NCBI GenBank assembly: GCA_965263355.1
Contig: CBDHHL010000032.1
Span: forward strand, 1-64,000
Source of the DNA: Leptolyngbyaceae cyanobacterium
GTDB lineage: Bacteria > Cyanobacteriota > Cyanobacteriia > Phormidesmidales > Phormidesmidaceae
Reading direction: 5' to 3'
Length of the DNA: 64,000 bases
Below the pieces are notes generated by a model. It saw only the letters and a list, made by a program, of their open reading frames with translations, was not told the DNA's origin and searched no databases. This document shows positions 33,284 to 43,655 of the stretch, piece by piece (position 1 is the stretch's first letter; the number at the start of each line of letters is the position of its first letter). A program made the position numbers and the translations under genes.

Positions 33284-33370
33284 CGGAGAGAGAGGGATTC
33301 GAACCCTCGAATGAGTCACCCCATTACAGCATTTCCAGTGCTGCGCCTTCGACCACTCGGCCATCTCTCC
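33284..33370 (-). tRNA. trnS: tRNA-Ser(GGA)
   Basis: GGAGAGATGGCCGAGTGG...CAGCA CT GGA AA TGCTG, long variable arm, GGTTCGAATCC. Confidence 0.97.
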
Positions 33371-33498
33371 AGGGACATATTTGCTAGAGAATTAAATCCT
33401 ATAGCCAAAATATCCTAGCAGAAAGTGGAACGTATTTCATGGGACCATCGCATTTCATGCGACTATTGCAGGGCAATGCTGCTTTTTAACTTGTTTTT

Positions 33499-33867
33499 AT
33501 GACCCAAACTCATACTATTCATATTCATCATCGTCAAAGAAATTGTCACTACACAGCTCAGGTCCCTGAAGATCGGTATATATTGCACACGGCAGAAAAC
33601 CAAGGGGCTGATTTGCCCTTTGCCTGTCGCAATGGGGCATGCACTACCTGTGCTGTACGTATTTTGTCGGGTGACGTTGAGCAACCGGAAGCCATGGGAT
33701 TGTCCCCTGCCCTACGGGAAAAGGGCTATGCGCTTCTCTGTGTTAGCTATCCTCGCACTGATTTATATGTTGAAACCCAGGACGAAGATGAAGTCTACGA
33801 GCAGCAATTTGGCCGTTACTTCGGCAAAGGTAAAGTACGGTTTGGTTTACCCCTCGATGAGGATTAA
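33499..33867 (+). CDS. 2Fe-2S ferredoxin, Fed2/FdC2 type
   Basis: CRNGACTTC...C plus C-terminal extension DEDEVYEQQFGRYF. Confidence 0.9.
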   Translation: MTQTHTIHIHHRQRNCHYTAQVPEDRYILHTAENQGADLPFACRNGACTTCAVRILSGDVEQPEAMGLSPALREKGYALLCVSYPRTDLYVETQDEDEVYEQQFGRYFGKGKVRFGLPLDED

Positions 33868-33870
33868 ACG

Positions 33871-33895
33871 GTAGGGTGGGCATGGCCCACTTTGC
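33871..33895. repeat. Degenerate GTAG-type REP
   Basis: GTAGGGTGGGCATGGCCCAC; related to the copy at 45061. Confidence 0.6.
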
Positions 33896-33911
33896 ATAAT
33901 TGTGGTTATAC

Positions 33912-34745
33912 ATGAATAACACACCCACCACCGAAGATTTACAGCGTTTTTTAGACGTAGCCACCGAAGCCGCCATGGCCGGAGGGGCTGTGCTGCAAAA
34001 CTATTGGGGAAACCTATCGTCGATTCAAGAAAAAGGGCGATCTGGTGATTTGGTTACCGAGGCCGATCGCGCCTCTGAGGTAGCAGTCTTGGATGTGATC
34101 AAGCGTCATTTTCCTGACCATGCCATTTTGGCCGAAGAATCTGGGCAATTAGGGCAGAGTGGTAGCCCATTGCTCTGGGCCATTGATCCGTTGGATGGGA
34201 CTACCAACTATGCCCATGGGTATCCCCTTTGTGCGGTTTCCATTGGGTTACTAGTGGCTGGGGTGCCCATGGTAGGGGTGGTTTATAACCCAATTTTGGC
34301 TGATCTCTATCGGGCGGCTAAAGGCTTGGGAGCGACTCATAACCGTCAACCCATTCAGGTTTCAACGACGGCGCATCTATCTGAGAGCCTATTGGTGACA
34401 GGGTTTGCCTATGACCGTCGTGAAACCATTGATAATAACTATGCTGAATTTTGTCATTTTACCCATTTGACCCAAGGGGTACGACGAGGTGGGTCAGCGT
34501 CTGTTGACTTAGCCCATGTGGCCTGTGGTTGTTTGGACGGCTATTGGGAACGGGGGTTATCGCCTTGGGACCTGGCGGCAGGTGTGGTGTTGGTGGAAGA
34601 AGCAGGGGGGCAGATTAGTGCCTATGATGGCAGTCCCTTTGATATATACTCTGGCAGACTGGTGGCGACCAATGGCCCATTGCATCAGTCTATTGTGCAA
34701 AACCTAGGACAAGTGCAGCCTTTCCCCCAATTTAAGCCTATTTAG
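33912..34745 (+). CDS. suhB: Inositol monophosphatase family protein
   Basis: DLVTEAD, WAIDPLDGTTNYAH and WDLAAG. Confidence 0.9.
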   Translation: MNNTPTTEDLQRFLDVATEAAMAGGAVLQNYWGNLSSIQEKGRSGDLVTEADRASEVAVLDVIKRHFPDHAILAEESGQLGQSGSPLLWAIDPLDGTTNYAHGYPLCAVSIGLLVAGVPMVGVVYNPILADLYRAAKGLGATHNRQPIQVSTTAHLSESLLVTGFAYDRRETIDNNYAEFCHFTHLTQGVRRGGSASVDLAHVACGCLDGYWERGLSPWDLAAGVVLVEEAGGQISAYDGSPFDIYSGRLVATNGPLHQSIVQNLGQVQPFPQFKPI

Positions 34746-34881
34746 GCTATGTTCATACGTTTTTTTATTTCCAAGGCGGGCTAGACACAATCTATGTGTG
34801 TTTGGCGTCACTCCTATGACAGGTATTAAATGATAATACGGATAAACTAAGATTAGGTTGTCACAAACAGCGATCGCAAAG

Positions 34882-35901
34882 ATGCAGGTTAACAGCGGAT
34901 TATTCAAGTTAGATCTAGTCGATCACCATGCAATTTTGGGAGTCCCTCTAGATGCTGATGCGAAACAAGTCAGGAAGCGTTATCTGAAGATTGCCCGGAA
35001 GCTGCATCCTGATAGTCTGCGAACGGCGACTGACGAACAAAAGCAGCAGGCCAGTGAGTTACTGTCTAAGTTGGTTAACCCAGCTTACGAAACCTTGAGT
35101 CAGGAAAGATTATCAGTTGAGCATAAGTTTAGCCTGAAACTTAAGGGTGAGCAGCTACAAGCCCAACCGTCGTTGCTGCCGTTTTCTACAGAACATGCCA
35201 AGAAAGTTGCCAATAGCAACAATGTAGACTATACGTACAACAATGCCTTGAAGGTTTTGGTGTTGGAACAGTATGAATCGCTAGATGATGTGCTTGATAT
35301 CATTGGTGCGATTAGCGAACTCAATGCAGCCTACGTTATGCGTCAAGGCGGAGCCCTAGCTCCAGATGATAAAAACGATGCCCAGCCGTCATCCGTTGAA
35401 GATAATGGCGCAGTCGCAGCAGAGAGCGAAGACAAGGTAACGGTACCGTCTCACCGTGAACGTCGGGCCCAGCTGATTGAAAGCTTTATCAAGCGAGCCA
35501 AAGAGTTTGAGTACAAGGGTAACTTCTCTCGGGCTATTGTCGAGCTGCGAGAAGCTGTTAAAGCCCATCCTCAAAATCCGCAATGCCATGCTGAGTTAGG
35601 CCGCCTATATATGCGGAGTAAGCAATTTAAGCTAGCCAGTATTCACACTAAGCAGGCCTTAAAGGTTGATCCTGAGAATCAGACTGCTACGGAGGTCAAG
35701 CAAAAGCTGGATGCTTATGCCAGGCGAATGTCAAAGGATACTTCCACGGCTCCGTCAAAAACTAGCAAGCCTTCTGCGAGTCCGTCCGTTAAGCGGGCCA
35801 GCGGTAAGTCTGGCGCTAAATCTGGCGGTTTACTTGATTCTCTACGCAATTTGCTGACTGGTTTACGTAACTGGTTTGTACGTTTGTTCGCTAACAAATA
35901 A
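34882..35901 (+). CDS. DnaJ-domain TPR protein
   Basis: ARKLHPD J-domain; C-terminal TPRs. Confidence 0.88.
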   Translation: MQVNSGLFKLDLVDHHAILGVPLDADAKQVRKRYLKIARKLHPDSLRTATDEQKQQASELLSKLVNPAYETLSQERLSVEHKFSLKLKGEQLQAQPSLLPFSTEHAKKVANSNNVDYTYNNALKVLVLEQYESLDDVLDIIGAISELNAAYVMRQGGALAPDDKNDAQPSSVEDNGAVAAESEDKVTVPSHRERRAQLIESFIKRAKEFEYKGNFSRAIVELREAVKAHPQNPQCHAELGRLYMRSKQFKLASIHTKQALKVDPENQTATEVKQKLDAYARRMSKDTSTAPSKTSKPSASPSVKRASGKSGAKSGGLLDSLRNLLTGLRNWFVRLFANK

Positions 35902-35913
35902 AGTTGACAGTTT

Positions 35914-35997
35914 TAAACCTTGTCCATAGTCAGAATGGTATCCAGAACGGTTATTTTTCCGGTGAAGAAGCCATCGGTTTCACTTGGACGTGGTTTA
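35914..35997 (+). repeat. MITE-like repeat, copy c (84 bp)
   Basis: TAAACCTTGTCCA...TATCCAGAAC...CTTGGACGTGGTTTA. Confidence 0.75.
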
Positions 35998-36065
35998 GAT
36001 TGCTAGTCGGTCATCCCCTAAAGCTTTAAGCTGGTATAAACGTAGAAACCGCAGCTAGTATAGCT

Positions 36066-37277
36066 ATGACCTACCAACCCCCAACGGGTGGACGCGATCT
36101 CTTCCCGGTAGATGTGGCGCAAAAGCGCTGGATTGAAGATCGCATTGAAGCCGTTTTCCAACGGTGGAGCTACCAAAGAATTATTACGTCCACCGTCGAA
36201 AGCATGGAGACGCTAATGGCGGGCGGTGCCATTCGACAATCTGAGGTGCTTGAACTCAACAGTCGAGGCGAACGTTTGGGACTGCGACCGGAACTCACGG
36301 CCTCTATCGCCCGTGCCGCTGTCACCCGTATTAGCAATTATCCCCAGCGGCTTTATTATCATGCCAATGTTTTTCGCCGGTCCTCCACCGGTAGTCAGGG
36401 CGGCCAGCAAGAGGCTTACCAGGCCGGTGTGGAGCTGTTAGGTGCTAGCGGTGCGTTGGCGGATGTTGAAGTCCTGTTAATTATGGCTGATTGCCTCCAG
36501 GCCTTAGGATTAGAAAACTGGCATTTGCTGTTGAGTGAGGCCAGTTTGACCGATTCTTTGTTAGCCCCGTTTCCGTCTGGAATTAGGGCGCAGGTCAAGG
36601 TGGCGATCGCAAATCTTGACCGTGTCACCCTGGAAACCCTGCCGCTGTCTGACGAATTGCAGACATTAGCGCTGACCATCATGGATTTACGGGGGCAGCC
36701 ACGTTCTGTGCTCACCCAAGTCAGTCAGCTTGAGTTGAGCGCTCAGCAACGGCAGAGCGTTAACGATCTTAAAAATCTAGTTGATTTGTTAGAGAACACC
36801 TTAACTGAAAACTCACCCCAATTAGTGCTTGATCTGAGCCTGATGCAAACCTTCGAATATTACACAGGCGTTGTTTTTGAAGCTGTAGTACGCACCGAGC
36901 ATACCTGTGAAGTTGTTGGCCAGGGCGGTCGTTATGACAATTTACTGAGCCTTTTCCATCCTGAGCACAAATCCTATCCAGGTGTGGGGTTTGTGCTTAA
37001 TGGTGAAACCTTGCAGCAGATTTTGTTGCCACACCTGCCGACCATGGTGTCTGCGAGTGATTGGCTAGTAGTTCCTGTCACCGCCGCCGCTGCCGCCGCC
37101 GCCATCACCCATGCCCAAACTCTGCGTCAGGCAGATGCCCTGACTCGAGTTGAACTCAGTCTGGACTCGTGCTTATCAGAAGATAGTCTGCGTCAGTTTG
37201 CGACTGAACGGAAAATAGCCAAAATAGCCTGGGTGTCAGACCAGGGAGAGGTCAGCGTAGAAAGCCTAACCGACTAG
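36066..37277 (+). CDS. hisZ: ATP phosphoribosyltransferase regulatory subunit
   Basis: PTGGRDLFP, LRPELTASIAR, QAGVELLG, YYTGVVF and GGRYD. Confidence 0.93.
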   Translation: MTYQPPTGGRDLFPVDVAQKRWIEDRIEAVFQRWSYQRIITSTVESMETLMAGGAIRQSEVLELNSRGERLGLRPELTASIARAAVTRISNYPQRLYYHANVFRRSSTGSQGGQQEAYQAGVELLGASGALADVEVLLIMADCLQALGLENWHLLLSEASLTDSLLAPFPSGIRAQVKVAIANLDRVTLETLPLSDELQTLALTIMDLRGQPRSVLTQVSQLELSAQQRQSVNDLKNLVDLLENTLTENSPQLVLDLSLMQTFEYYTGVVFEAVVRTEHTCEVVGQGGRYDNLLSLFHPEHKSYPGVGFVLNGETLQQILLPHLPTMVSASDWLVVPVTAAAAAAAITHAQTLRQADALTRVELSLDSCLSEDSLRQFATERKIAKIAWVSDQGEVSVESLTD

Positions 37278-37317
37278 CTATTGGTAGGGTACCAACACAA
37301 AGCAGGACGATTTATCG

Positions 37318-37370
37318 AGGGAGTTAGAGGTCGGAATGTGGAATTCGGAGGTCGGAATTCCGAATTCCAA
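37318..37370 (+). repeat. STRR-type heptamer repeats
   Basis: ggaggtc/ggaatgt/ggaattc units. Confidence 0.55.
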
Positions 37371-37516
37371 TCTAATCAAGACCTCCCAGTCAAAGCCGGT
37401 CTCTTATCCTTTAATCGCCCTTTAAGATAAACAAATGTAACTATTGCTCGTATATCTTTTGGGTGCGTAGCCTCGATAGATATACGTGTTGACGAACATT
37501 AAACCTAAGGAGCGCT

Positions 37517-37744
37517 GTGGCCCACTCTATTGTTACCGACGTTTGTGAAGGTGTTGCGGATTGCGTTGACGCCTGCCCTGTGGCCTGTATTCATGAGGGT
37601 CCCAAGAAAAACAAGAAAGGCACCGACTGGTATTGGATCGACTTCGATGTGTGTATTGATTGTGGCATTTGTCTACAGGTATGTCCGGTAGAAGGCGCGA
37701 TATTACCTGAAGAAAAACCTGATTTACAGAAAACACCGGTTTAA
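37517..37744 (+). CDS. 2[4Fe-4S] bacterial-type ferredoxin
   Basis: CEGVADCVDACP and CIDCGICLQVCP; AAGGAG RBS. Confidence 0.92.
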   Translation: MAHSIVTDVCEGVADCVDACPVACIHEGPKKNKKGTDWYWIDFDVCIDCGICLQVCPVEGAILPEEKPDLQKTPV

Positions 37745-37889
37745 TTTGAGCTAATCTAGGCTCAGTTTTAAAGACGAAAGGCGTTCGTGATGCGGAAACC
37801 TCTGCAATATGGCCGTTTTAGTTGGTTTAGTACTTGCGTCCTATATGGACCTGTGCTAAAAATACCTCGAAGTATTGATTTCTCTTGCT

Positions 37890-38165
37890 ATGAACAAAGG
37901 TGAATTGCTAGATACTGTGGCTGAGAAGGCCGGTGTTTCTAAGAAAGTTGCAGATGCTGTAGTGTCGGCAACCATTGAGTCCATTATGGAGGCTGTTTCC
38001 AGCGGTGATAAAGTGACCCTAGTGGGGTTTGGTAGTTTTGAACCTCGCGATCGCAAAGAGCGGGAAGGTCGCAATCCAAAGACGGGTGAGACGATGACAA
38101 TTCCAGCAACAACTGTACCTGCATTCTCCGCAGGTAAAGCATTCAAAGAAAAAGTTGCTGCTTAA
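37890..38165 (+). CDS. hup: HU histone-like DNA-binding protein
   Basis: MNKGEL, VGFGSF and GRNPKTGE. Confidence 0.96.
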   Translation: MNKGELLDTVAEKAGVSKKVADAVVSATIESIMEAVSSGDKVTLVGFGSFEPRDRKEREGRNPKTGETMTIPATTVPAFSAGKAFKEKVAA

Positions 38166-38222
38166 GATCAATTTCTCAATTTAGGTTAAAGGCATTAGGC
38201 TCAGACCAAAGCTTCAGTGACT

Positions 38223-38258
38223 ACGGCGTAGTTGTGCATCAGCCAACTGCGCCGTTTT
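38223..38258 (+). terminator. Rho-independent terminator after hup
   Basis: ACGGCGTAGTTG/CAACTGCGCCGT stem ending in a T run. Confidence 0.75.
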
Positions 38259-38429
38259 ACTGTTGCAATCGGAAGTAAATCTTTAGATCTGCTGTTCATT
38301 TATATCAAGTTGTGATGTTTTGAAGCTTTTTGGGCACTTTGAGGCGAACAGTGAGGTAACTCAAGTAGCTGCCCTGTCTGGTTTGTCTAATATTGGCTCA
38401 AGCCGATTGACTCGACGTTCACGATTCCC

Positions 38430-38870
38430 ATGCAACAGCTAGATTATTTTCAAGTGTTCCAGAATGATAAATCCATCGCAGCAGGCGTAAAATTGCCGTC
38501 GGGGCAGTTTGCTTTGAGCTGGTATGGTCTCTGTCATAGTCATGGTGTGTTTCCTAGTTTTGAAGTCTTTAAGGGAATGCAGGACAAACGTTCTGGGCGC
38601 ACGGTTCAAAATATGGATGCACCTTTGACGGCAACTGGTTGCTCAAGAACGTTTTATCTACAGCGCCATGAAGATTGGAGTGGTATTAGTGGCACAGGCC
38701 TAGTAGCAGTTGGGTTTGAGTTTGACCAATGGACCATGCTCCACTGGTTAGACCCCCATGGCTCTACGTTTTGGTATGAAAGTGTTGCGATGGTAGAGCG
38801 GGTTCATGGGCACGAAGGACGTACAGTTATTGCCCGATGTTTAACCCCTAGCGTTAGCTATGCCGTTTAG
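38430..38870 (+). CDS. Hypothetical protein with a duplicated small domain
   Basis: FYLQRHEDWSGISGTGLVAVG...HGHEGRT. Confidence 0.65.
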   Translation: MQQLDYFQVFQNDKSIAAGVKLPSGQFALSWYGLCHSHGVFPSFEVFKGMQDKRSGRTVQNMDAPLTATGCSRTFYLQRHEDWSGISGTGLVAVGFEFDQWTMLHWLDPHGSTFWYESVAMVERVHGHEGRTVIARCLTPSVSYAV

Positions 38871-38896
38871 TTTTTCGTTTATATGCCTATCAACGA

Positions 38897-39661
38897 TTAC
38901 ATCGCTATACGATTGCGACCATCCTGCTTAGCAGAATACAGCCTACGATCAGCGCAGGCTAATAATTCAGGCCATGTCTTGCCATCCTTACCATAGGAGG
39001 CAATGCCAATAGAAACCGTTATACCTAAAGTCCCAAATACGCTTTGAACAGTTTTTGCAATAGCTACTGCAGCAATTGGGTTGTGGTTTGGGAGTACAGC
39101 AACAAACTCTTCACCACCACATCTAGCAATGCAATTATCAGACGTTTGAACAACAGAAAATAAGTACTCCCCAATTTTCTGAAGCAACTGGTCTCCCGCC
39201 AGATGGCCATAGGTATCGTTGTATTGCTTAAAATGATCAATATCAATTACCAAGAGCGATAGCTCATGCCCCAATGAAGAAGCCGTTGTACAGGCTTTCT
39301 CAATATAAGTTTTGAGGTATCTTCGATTATAGAGCCCCGTCAAAGCATCATGATTTACTTCATAAATTAATCGTTGATTCTCTCTTTGTAATTCTTCATG
39401 CTTCTTTTGAAGTAGCTGATTCTCTCTTTTTAACTCTTTATACTTTTTCTGAAGCAGTTGATGTGCTGTCTTTAGACTTTGATGCTCTTGGTTTAATAGT
39501 TTCCAAAACGACCTAAATACATTTAGCAAACCCAGGGCATAGCAATTCTTCGACTGACAACAACTTTGACTTTGCGGGGTTAAAGATTGTTTGTTTTCTG
39601 ACCACCTAAGTTGTATTGCTATTTGATGCGTAACTAGTGATAAAGCCATCTTCAAATTCAC
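38897..39661 (-). CDS. Diguanylate cyclase (coiled coil plus GGEEF)
   Basis: DALTGLYNRR, DIDHFKQYNDTYGH and RCGGEEF. Confidence 0.9.
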   Translation of the reverse strand: MNLKMALSLVTHQIAIQLRWSENKQSLTPQSQSCCQSKNCYALGLLNVFRSFWKLLNQEHQSLKTAHQLLQKKYKELKRENQLLQKKHEELQRENQRLIYEVNHDALTGLYNRRYLKTYIEKACTTASSLGHELSLLVIDIDHFKQYNDTYGHLAGDQLLQKIGEYLFSVVQTSDNCIARCGGEEFVAVLPNHNPIAAVAIAKTVQSVFGTLGITVSIGIASYGKDGKTWPELLACADRRLYSAKQDGRNRIAM

Positions 39662-39720
39662 TTTCAGAAATCTTGATATAGAAACTTACTGTGATAAACC
39701 AAGTTGAATTCTAACCACTG

Positions 39721-39945
39721 TCATAGGTATAGACGCCTAGATTGCAACTTTCGATATAGTCTTCTAAAGACTGCTCTAAAGACCCTTAAAATACGCTGGA
39801 CTAGAGGACTTAACTCTTGACTCAGAATGTTAGCCAGAACTGAGACACACAGCTCAAAAAGAAACTCATACATCCGGAATGTCACCTTTGTTACGAAAAT
39901 GAATATTTTCTGCACAAATATCTTGAACTGAGTAATTTCGTTCAA
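39721..39945 (-). CDS. Hypothetical small protein
   Basis: ORF co-oriented with and upstream of the GGDEF gene; AT-rich. Confidence 0.35.
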   Translation of the reverse strand: MNEITQFKIFVQKIFIFVTKVTFRMYEFLFELCVSVLANILSQELSPLVQRILRVFRAVFRRLYRKLQSRRLYL

Positions 39946-40045
39946 GTTGAATCCATTACCCTACAGAATGATCAAGATCACGTTTAAACACAAGACAATG
40001 TGTTAAACGCTCTCTCTAATTTAAGATTCTATAAAGTTGAAGCCC

Positions 40046-40100
40046 TCCGAGGAAATACCGGTTTTACGGTTTTCTGGTTTTTTGGTTTTCTGGCTTTTGA
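40046..40100. repeat. Tandem 9-mer direct repeats GGTTTT(AC/CT/TT)
   Basis: ggttttac ggttttct ggtttttt ggttttct ggcttttg. Confidence 0.6.
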
Positions 40101-40578
40101 CTGCTATCGGTTTTTACGTATAACAAAAATGGCGAAGGAGAAGACGACAAAGTATTTTTCCAAAAATCGTATAAACAGATACAAAAAAACGATGAGAGAT
40201 AACTACGTTCTTTCTCACAAAAGAAACACCGATAACAAGTAAATATACGTAAAAAGACTAGTATGCCTTTAGGTTAAATACGAAAACTTACGGTGTCTAA
40301 AAAGCTAAACAACCGGGTAATATCAATCCTACTTTTTCTCTATAAGCCCCTACTGTATTAGCCATATAGCTAATTTCAAAAAATAGAAAAATAAGTTTGT
40401 CAAAGCCAGTTCATTTTTGAAGATCTTTCAAAACCTATGATTTTCTTCAGTATTTTTACTGTTCCATGTATAAAATCAGTCACTTATTATCTGTGATTTT
40501 GCTCAAGAACCAGTTATTCGGCTTGCCAAATAACCAGATTGCTGGCCCATCTACACGAAGTTTTACGTAATCCATAAG

Positions 40579-40770
40579 ATGAGTAGACCAAAAAAGATAT
40601 CTAAGAACCAATCAGAAGCTCCCGAGGAAAAGCAAGTAAATTTATGTGTAAAGGTACCTCTGAGCTGGCGTCAGTGGTGGGTGGCTCACTCTAAGTTACA
40701 TGGAGTCACTATTACTGATGTCATCATTGAGTCACTAGCTGAAAAGTTTGGAGTTCCTGAAGAGCAGTAA
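40579..40770 (+). CDS. Ribbon-helix-helix protein (ParG-like)
   Basis: VNLCVKVP beta strand followed by two helices (ITDVIIESLAEKFG). Confidence 0.6.
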   Translation: MSRPKKISKNQSEAPEEKQVNLCVKVPLSWRQWWVAHSKLHGVTITDVIIESLAEKFGVPEEQ

Positions 40771-40973
40771 TGCGATGAGTGACATCGCTGGTTGCCTGGG
40801 CTGAGTAGGGCGGACAGGCTAATTGGCCACTGAAGATGGCGATGGTTTATTTGCGAACTTCTGGCAGGGTAGATGATGAAGAGGGGTGCCCTTGTGGGGA
40901 GCAGTGGTTTGGGTGGCCAGCCTCTAGCTGGCCACTAGATAGTACGAAATCCTGCTTGATAGCGCCCGGTATC

Positions 40974-41002
40974 GAAGGGCATCCACAAGGGAGTGCCCCT
41001 AC
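40974..41002. repeat. GTAG-type REP palindrome
   Basis: GAAGGGCATCCACAAGGGAGTGCCCCTAC. Confidence 0.65.
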
Positions 41003-41054
41003 AGGCTTGTCCATTTTTAATCGGGTTTAATGAATTCGGATTTGTACAAGATGG

Positions 41055-41534
41055 CTAGGACTGAAAACGACGCCAGAGACCTAAGGTGATTAATGTGCCG
41101 AGGGATAATGCCCAGCCTAAATGGGAGGCGGTGCCGTAGTGGATGTCAGTGTTATGGCCATGGCTAATCAAGTCAGATGCCACACCGGCTTCATTCACTG
41201 GTACCGTCAAAATATCTCCGTGGCCCTGCTGTTCAATTTTTACTTCCCACTCTCCGGTCAGAGCCTGATCCGGACTAAAGCTAAACCGACCTTCATTATC
41301 CGTGACCCCTTGGGTCCAGGGTGAAACCGGATTATTAGGAGAATACACATTTACCTTAGCGCCCTTGAGGGGAGCCCCATTGCTAAAGGTGCTCTGCATC
41401 GTTAACACCTGTTGCGCTTGATTGTTAGACAGCTGGTCTAGCACATAGTTTGTCTCAACCATGTGAGCTGAAGATTTCCCAGCGACTGTAAGCAGCCCGA
41501 GTACTACAAAGGGGGTTAGTTTTCGAAGAGTCAT
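41055..41534 (-). CDS. Secreted carboxypeptidase-regulatory-like domain protein (possible Ni/Co uptake accessory)
   Basis: Signal peptide with His at +1 (SAH), GAPLKGAKV..QGVTD..GRFSF, C-terminal TM. Confidence 0.65.
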   Translation of the reverse strand: MTLRKLTPFVVLGLLTVAGKSSAHMVETNYVLDQLSNNQAQQVLTMQSTFSNGAPLKGAKVNVYSPNNPVSPWTQGVTDNEGRFSFSPDQALTGEWEVKIEQQGHGDILTVPVNEAGVASDLISHGHNTDIHYGTASHLGWALSLGTLITLGLWRRFQS

Positions 41535-41670
41535 CTCACAAATTCCTAAAAAAAATTGACGCCTGGACCAGCTACTAGCGGAGCTAGCTAACAAAACATC
41601 CTAATGCTACCCTGCCAACCCTATAAATGTGTATTCAACGATGGCATATTGCTACTCCCTACTCCCCTAC

Positions 41671-43467
41671 TCAGGGCCGAATCAAGCTTCTTTCCACGTT
41701 ACGACGATAAAGGGCAATGGCCTGGGCTCGCTGAATCGGTAGGTAGGTCAACATGGTGCCGATACCAATACCGTTAGCAATTAGGCCAAGGGTAATCCAG
41801 GGATTGCTAATCGCTAATCCCTTAACCAGACCTAGACCAGTGCCCATTAACCCCGTCAATAACGATAGACATAGGGCAAAGCGTGGTCTAAAGCCCCGTT
41901 GCCAGAATCGGTCGATGGTTAGCCCGTCCATCGTACCGACAACAGTGCCGCCAATGATACCTAGACCAATGGTAATCATGGCGGTGATGCCATCGGTGGC
42001 CGTAACCCTCAACAACAGACATAGCGGTGCCACCAAAGCAACAGCAACAGCGCCCAAAATGCTCATAATACGAGCTGCTGGAGACCCGAGTCTGATCTCA
42101 TATAATATCCAGCCAGCGATTTGCATCCCCAGGCTATTGCCAAATATTGCCAGTAATATCAAAGCGTTTCTGACCTCAGATAATTGAGGATCGTACTCTG
42201 GTGCCAGGGTCGATAAGACCCAGACGGTTACCCAACAGGTGGTTAATAAAACCAGTAACGATGGATAGGGTGAGCCTTCATGAACAAGCAGAGGCATGGG
42301 CGCTGTCTGTACATTTAAGGTTAGGGAATGAACCTCTTGTTGGGCATTGCTTTTTAGCAATAGAGTGCGCTGGTAAGTTTGCCCTGCCATTAACTGGCCC
42401 GTGTCAATCTGAAGTTTAGTCGTAATGTCATTGTTCTGGAAATCAATAGGAGAAAATTGAATCCAGCTATGATACTGATTGCTCAACGTCGGGTCGCTGT
42501 TGTGGGTAGCCACCTGCCAATGACCAGTTAACGTGGTATCGGGGACAGTGTTATTTAATGTGATCGCCGTTGTTAGTAGTTCCCCTCGCTCATGCGCGAC
42601 CAAGTCTATGGTGGCCCGACTAAACTTTACCTGGGGCTGGCGCAGACCATGATCTGGAATATGTTCCAAGGCGACACTGGCATTTGCAAACCGTTCGTTC
42701 AGTCGTGGTTGCACCATTCTTTGCAGCCATGTTACCCATTCAGAGCTTAAATCAGCCTTGAGCTGTGTGAAATCAACTTGATACGTCACATCGACTAGCT
42801 TGCCTACATTATTGGCTGGTGTATTAGTCAATAGACAGAGCAGGGTCATGCCTAGGCCATAAAGGTCCGATGCTTCGGTTAATTGTCGATTAAAAATTTG
42901 TTCTGGCGGCATAAAGCCCAGGGTGCCTTTGACCACGCTGCTCATGCCCACTTCACCATCGCCGATGCGAGCAAATCCAAAGTCTACAAGATAGACTTTT
43001 AAGTCATCGCTGACCAAAATGTTGGCGGGTTTAAAGTCGCGATGAATAATTGGTGGAATCCGAGTTTGTAGATAGATTAAAATTTCTAGACATGAAATGG
43101 CGATCTGACGAATAGCATCTGGGCTAAAGCTACGGGGGTCAGCAAGGCTTTTAGCCCGCTTATATTCCTGTACCATGCAAAAGCCATCGGGGGATTTAAA
43201 GACTCCCAAATATCTAGGAATGCCCCTATGCTTTAAACTTTTGAGGACCTGACCCTCCTGCATCAAAGCGTCGTATCCCCCCCAATCAGACGACTTAGCA
43301 AATTGGAATTGTTTAATAACTACCCGTTGATTAGTTTTGAGGTGGGTGGCTAAATAGGTAACACGTCCTCCAGCCCGATTAACTCCCAGTTCAGCCTCTA
43401 TTTGAAAACCATAGTTAGAAAAGTCGGGTAGGTCAGATGCCAGAGATGAACCTGTAAGGTCTGTCAT
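41671..43467 (-). CDS. Ser/Thr protein kinase with C-terminal TM segments
   Basis: VVIK, IHRDFKPAN, DFG, GTLGFMPPE and SDLYGLG. Confidence 0.93.
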   Translation of the reverse strand: MTDLTGSSLASDLPDFSNYGFQIEAELGVNRAGGRVTYLATHLKTNQRVVIKQFQFAKSSDWGGYDALMQEGQVLKSLKHRGIPRYLGVFKSPDGFCMVQEYKRAKSLADPRSFSPDAIRQIAISCLEILIYLQTRIPPIIHRDFKPANILVSDDLKVYLVDFGFARIGDGEVGMSSVVKGTLGFMPPEQIFNRQLTEASDLYGLGMTLLCLLTNTPANNVGKLVDVTYQVDFTQLKADLSSEWVTWLQRMVQPRLNERFANASVALEHIPDHGLRQPQVKFSRATIDLVAHERGELLTTAITLNNTVPDTTLTGHWQVATHNSDPTLSNQYHSWIQFSPIDFQNNDITTKLQIDTGQLMAGQTYQRTLLLKSNAQQEVHSLTLNVQTAPMPLLVHEGSPYPSLLVLLTTCWVTVWVLSTLAPEYDPQLSEVRNALILLAIFGNSLGMQIAGWILYEIRLGSPAARIMSILGAVAVALVAPLCLLLRVTATDGITAMITIGLGIIGGTVVGTMDGLTIDRFWQRGFRPRFALCLSLLTGLMGTGLGLVKGLAISNPWITLGLIANGIGIGTMLTYLPIQRAQAIALYRRNVERSLIRP

Positions 43468-43577
43468 TCTTACAATTGCTGGGGGATTTTATCTTTTACC
43501 CATATCGCACAGCTTACCCGTAATCTAGAAAAAGTAGGGTGTCTTTAAGATGAAAACATCTGTCAAGCTAATAATGT

Positions 43578-43626
43578 GTAGGATGTACCCCAATGCATAG
43601 CGAATTGATACTCATTATGCATTGGG
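43578..43626. repeat. REP-like hairpin
   Basis: GTAG start; 11-bp stem CCCAATGCATA/TATGCATTGGG. Confidence 0.5.
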
Positions 43627-43655
43627 AAATACGTAGACAGTAGCGATCCCTCACG

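Noticed and set aside
33284..33370. tRNA-Ser as an island integration site
   Set aside because: It is flanked by core genes, and I saw no duplicate of its 3' end.
40000..40242. 80-aa ORF
   Set aside because: Low-complexity translation of the tandem repeat region; likely spurious.
41540..41670. Cobalamin or Ni/Co riboswitch upstream of the metal-uptake-like gene
   Set aside because: No B12 box or other conserved riboswitch elements are recognisable.
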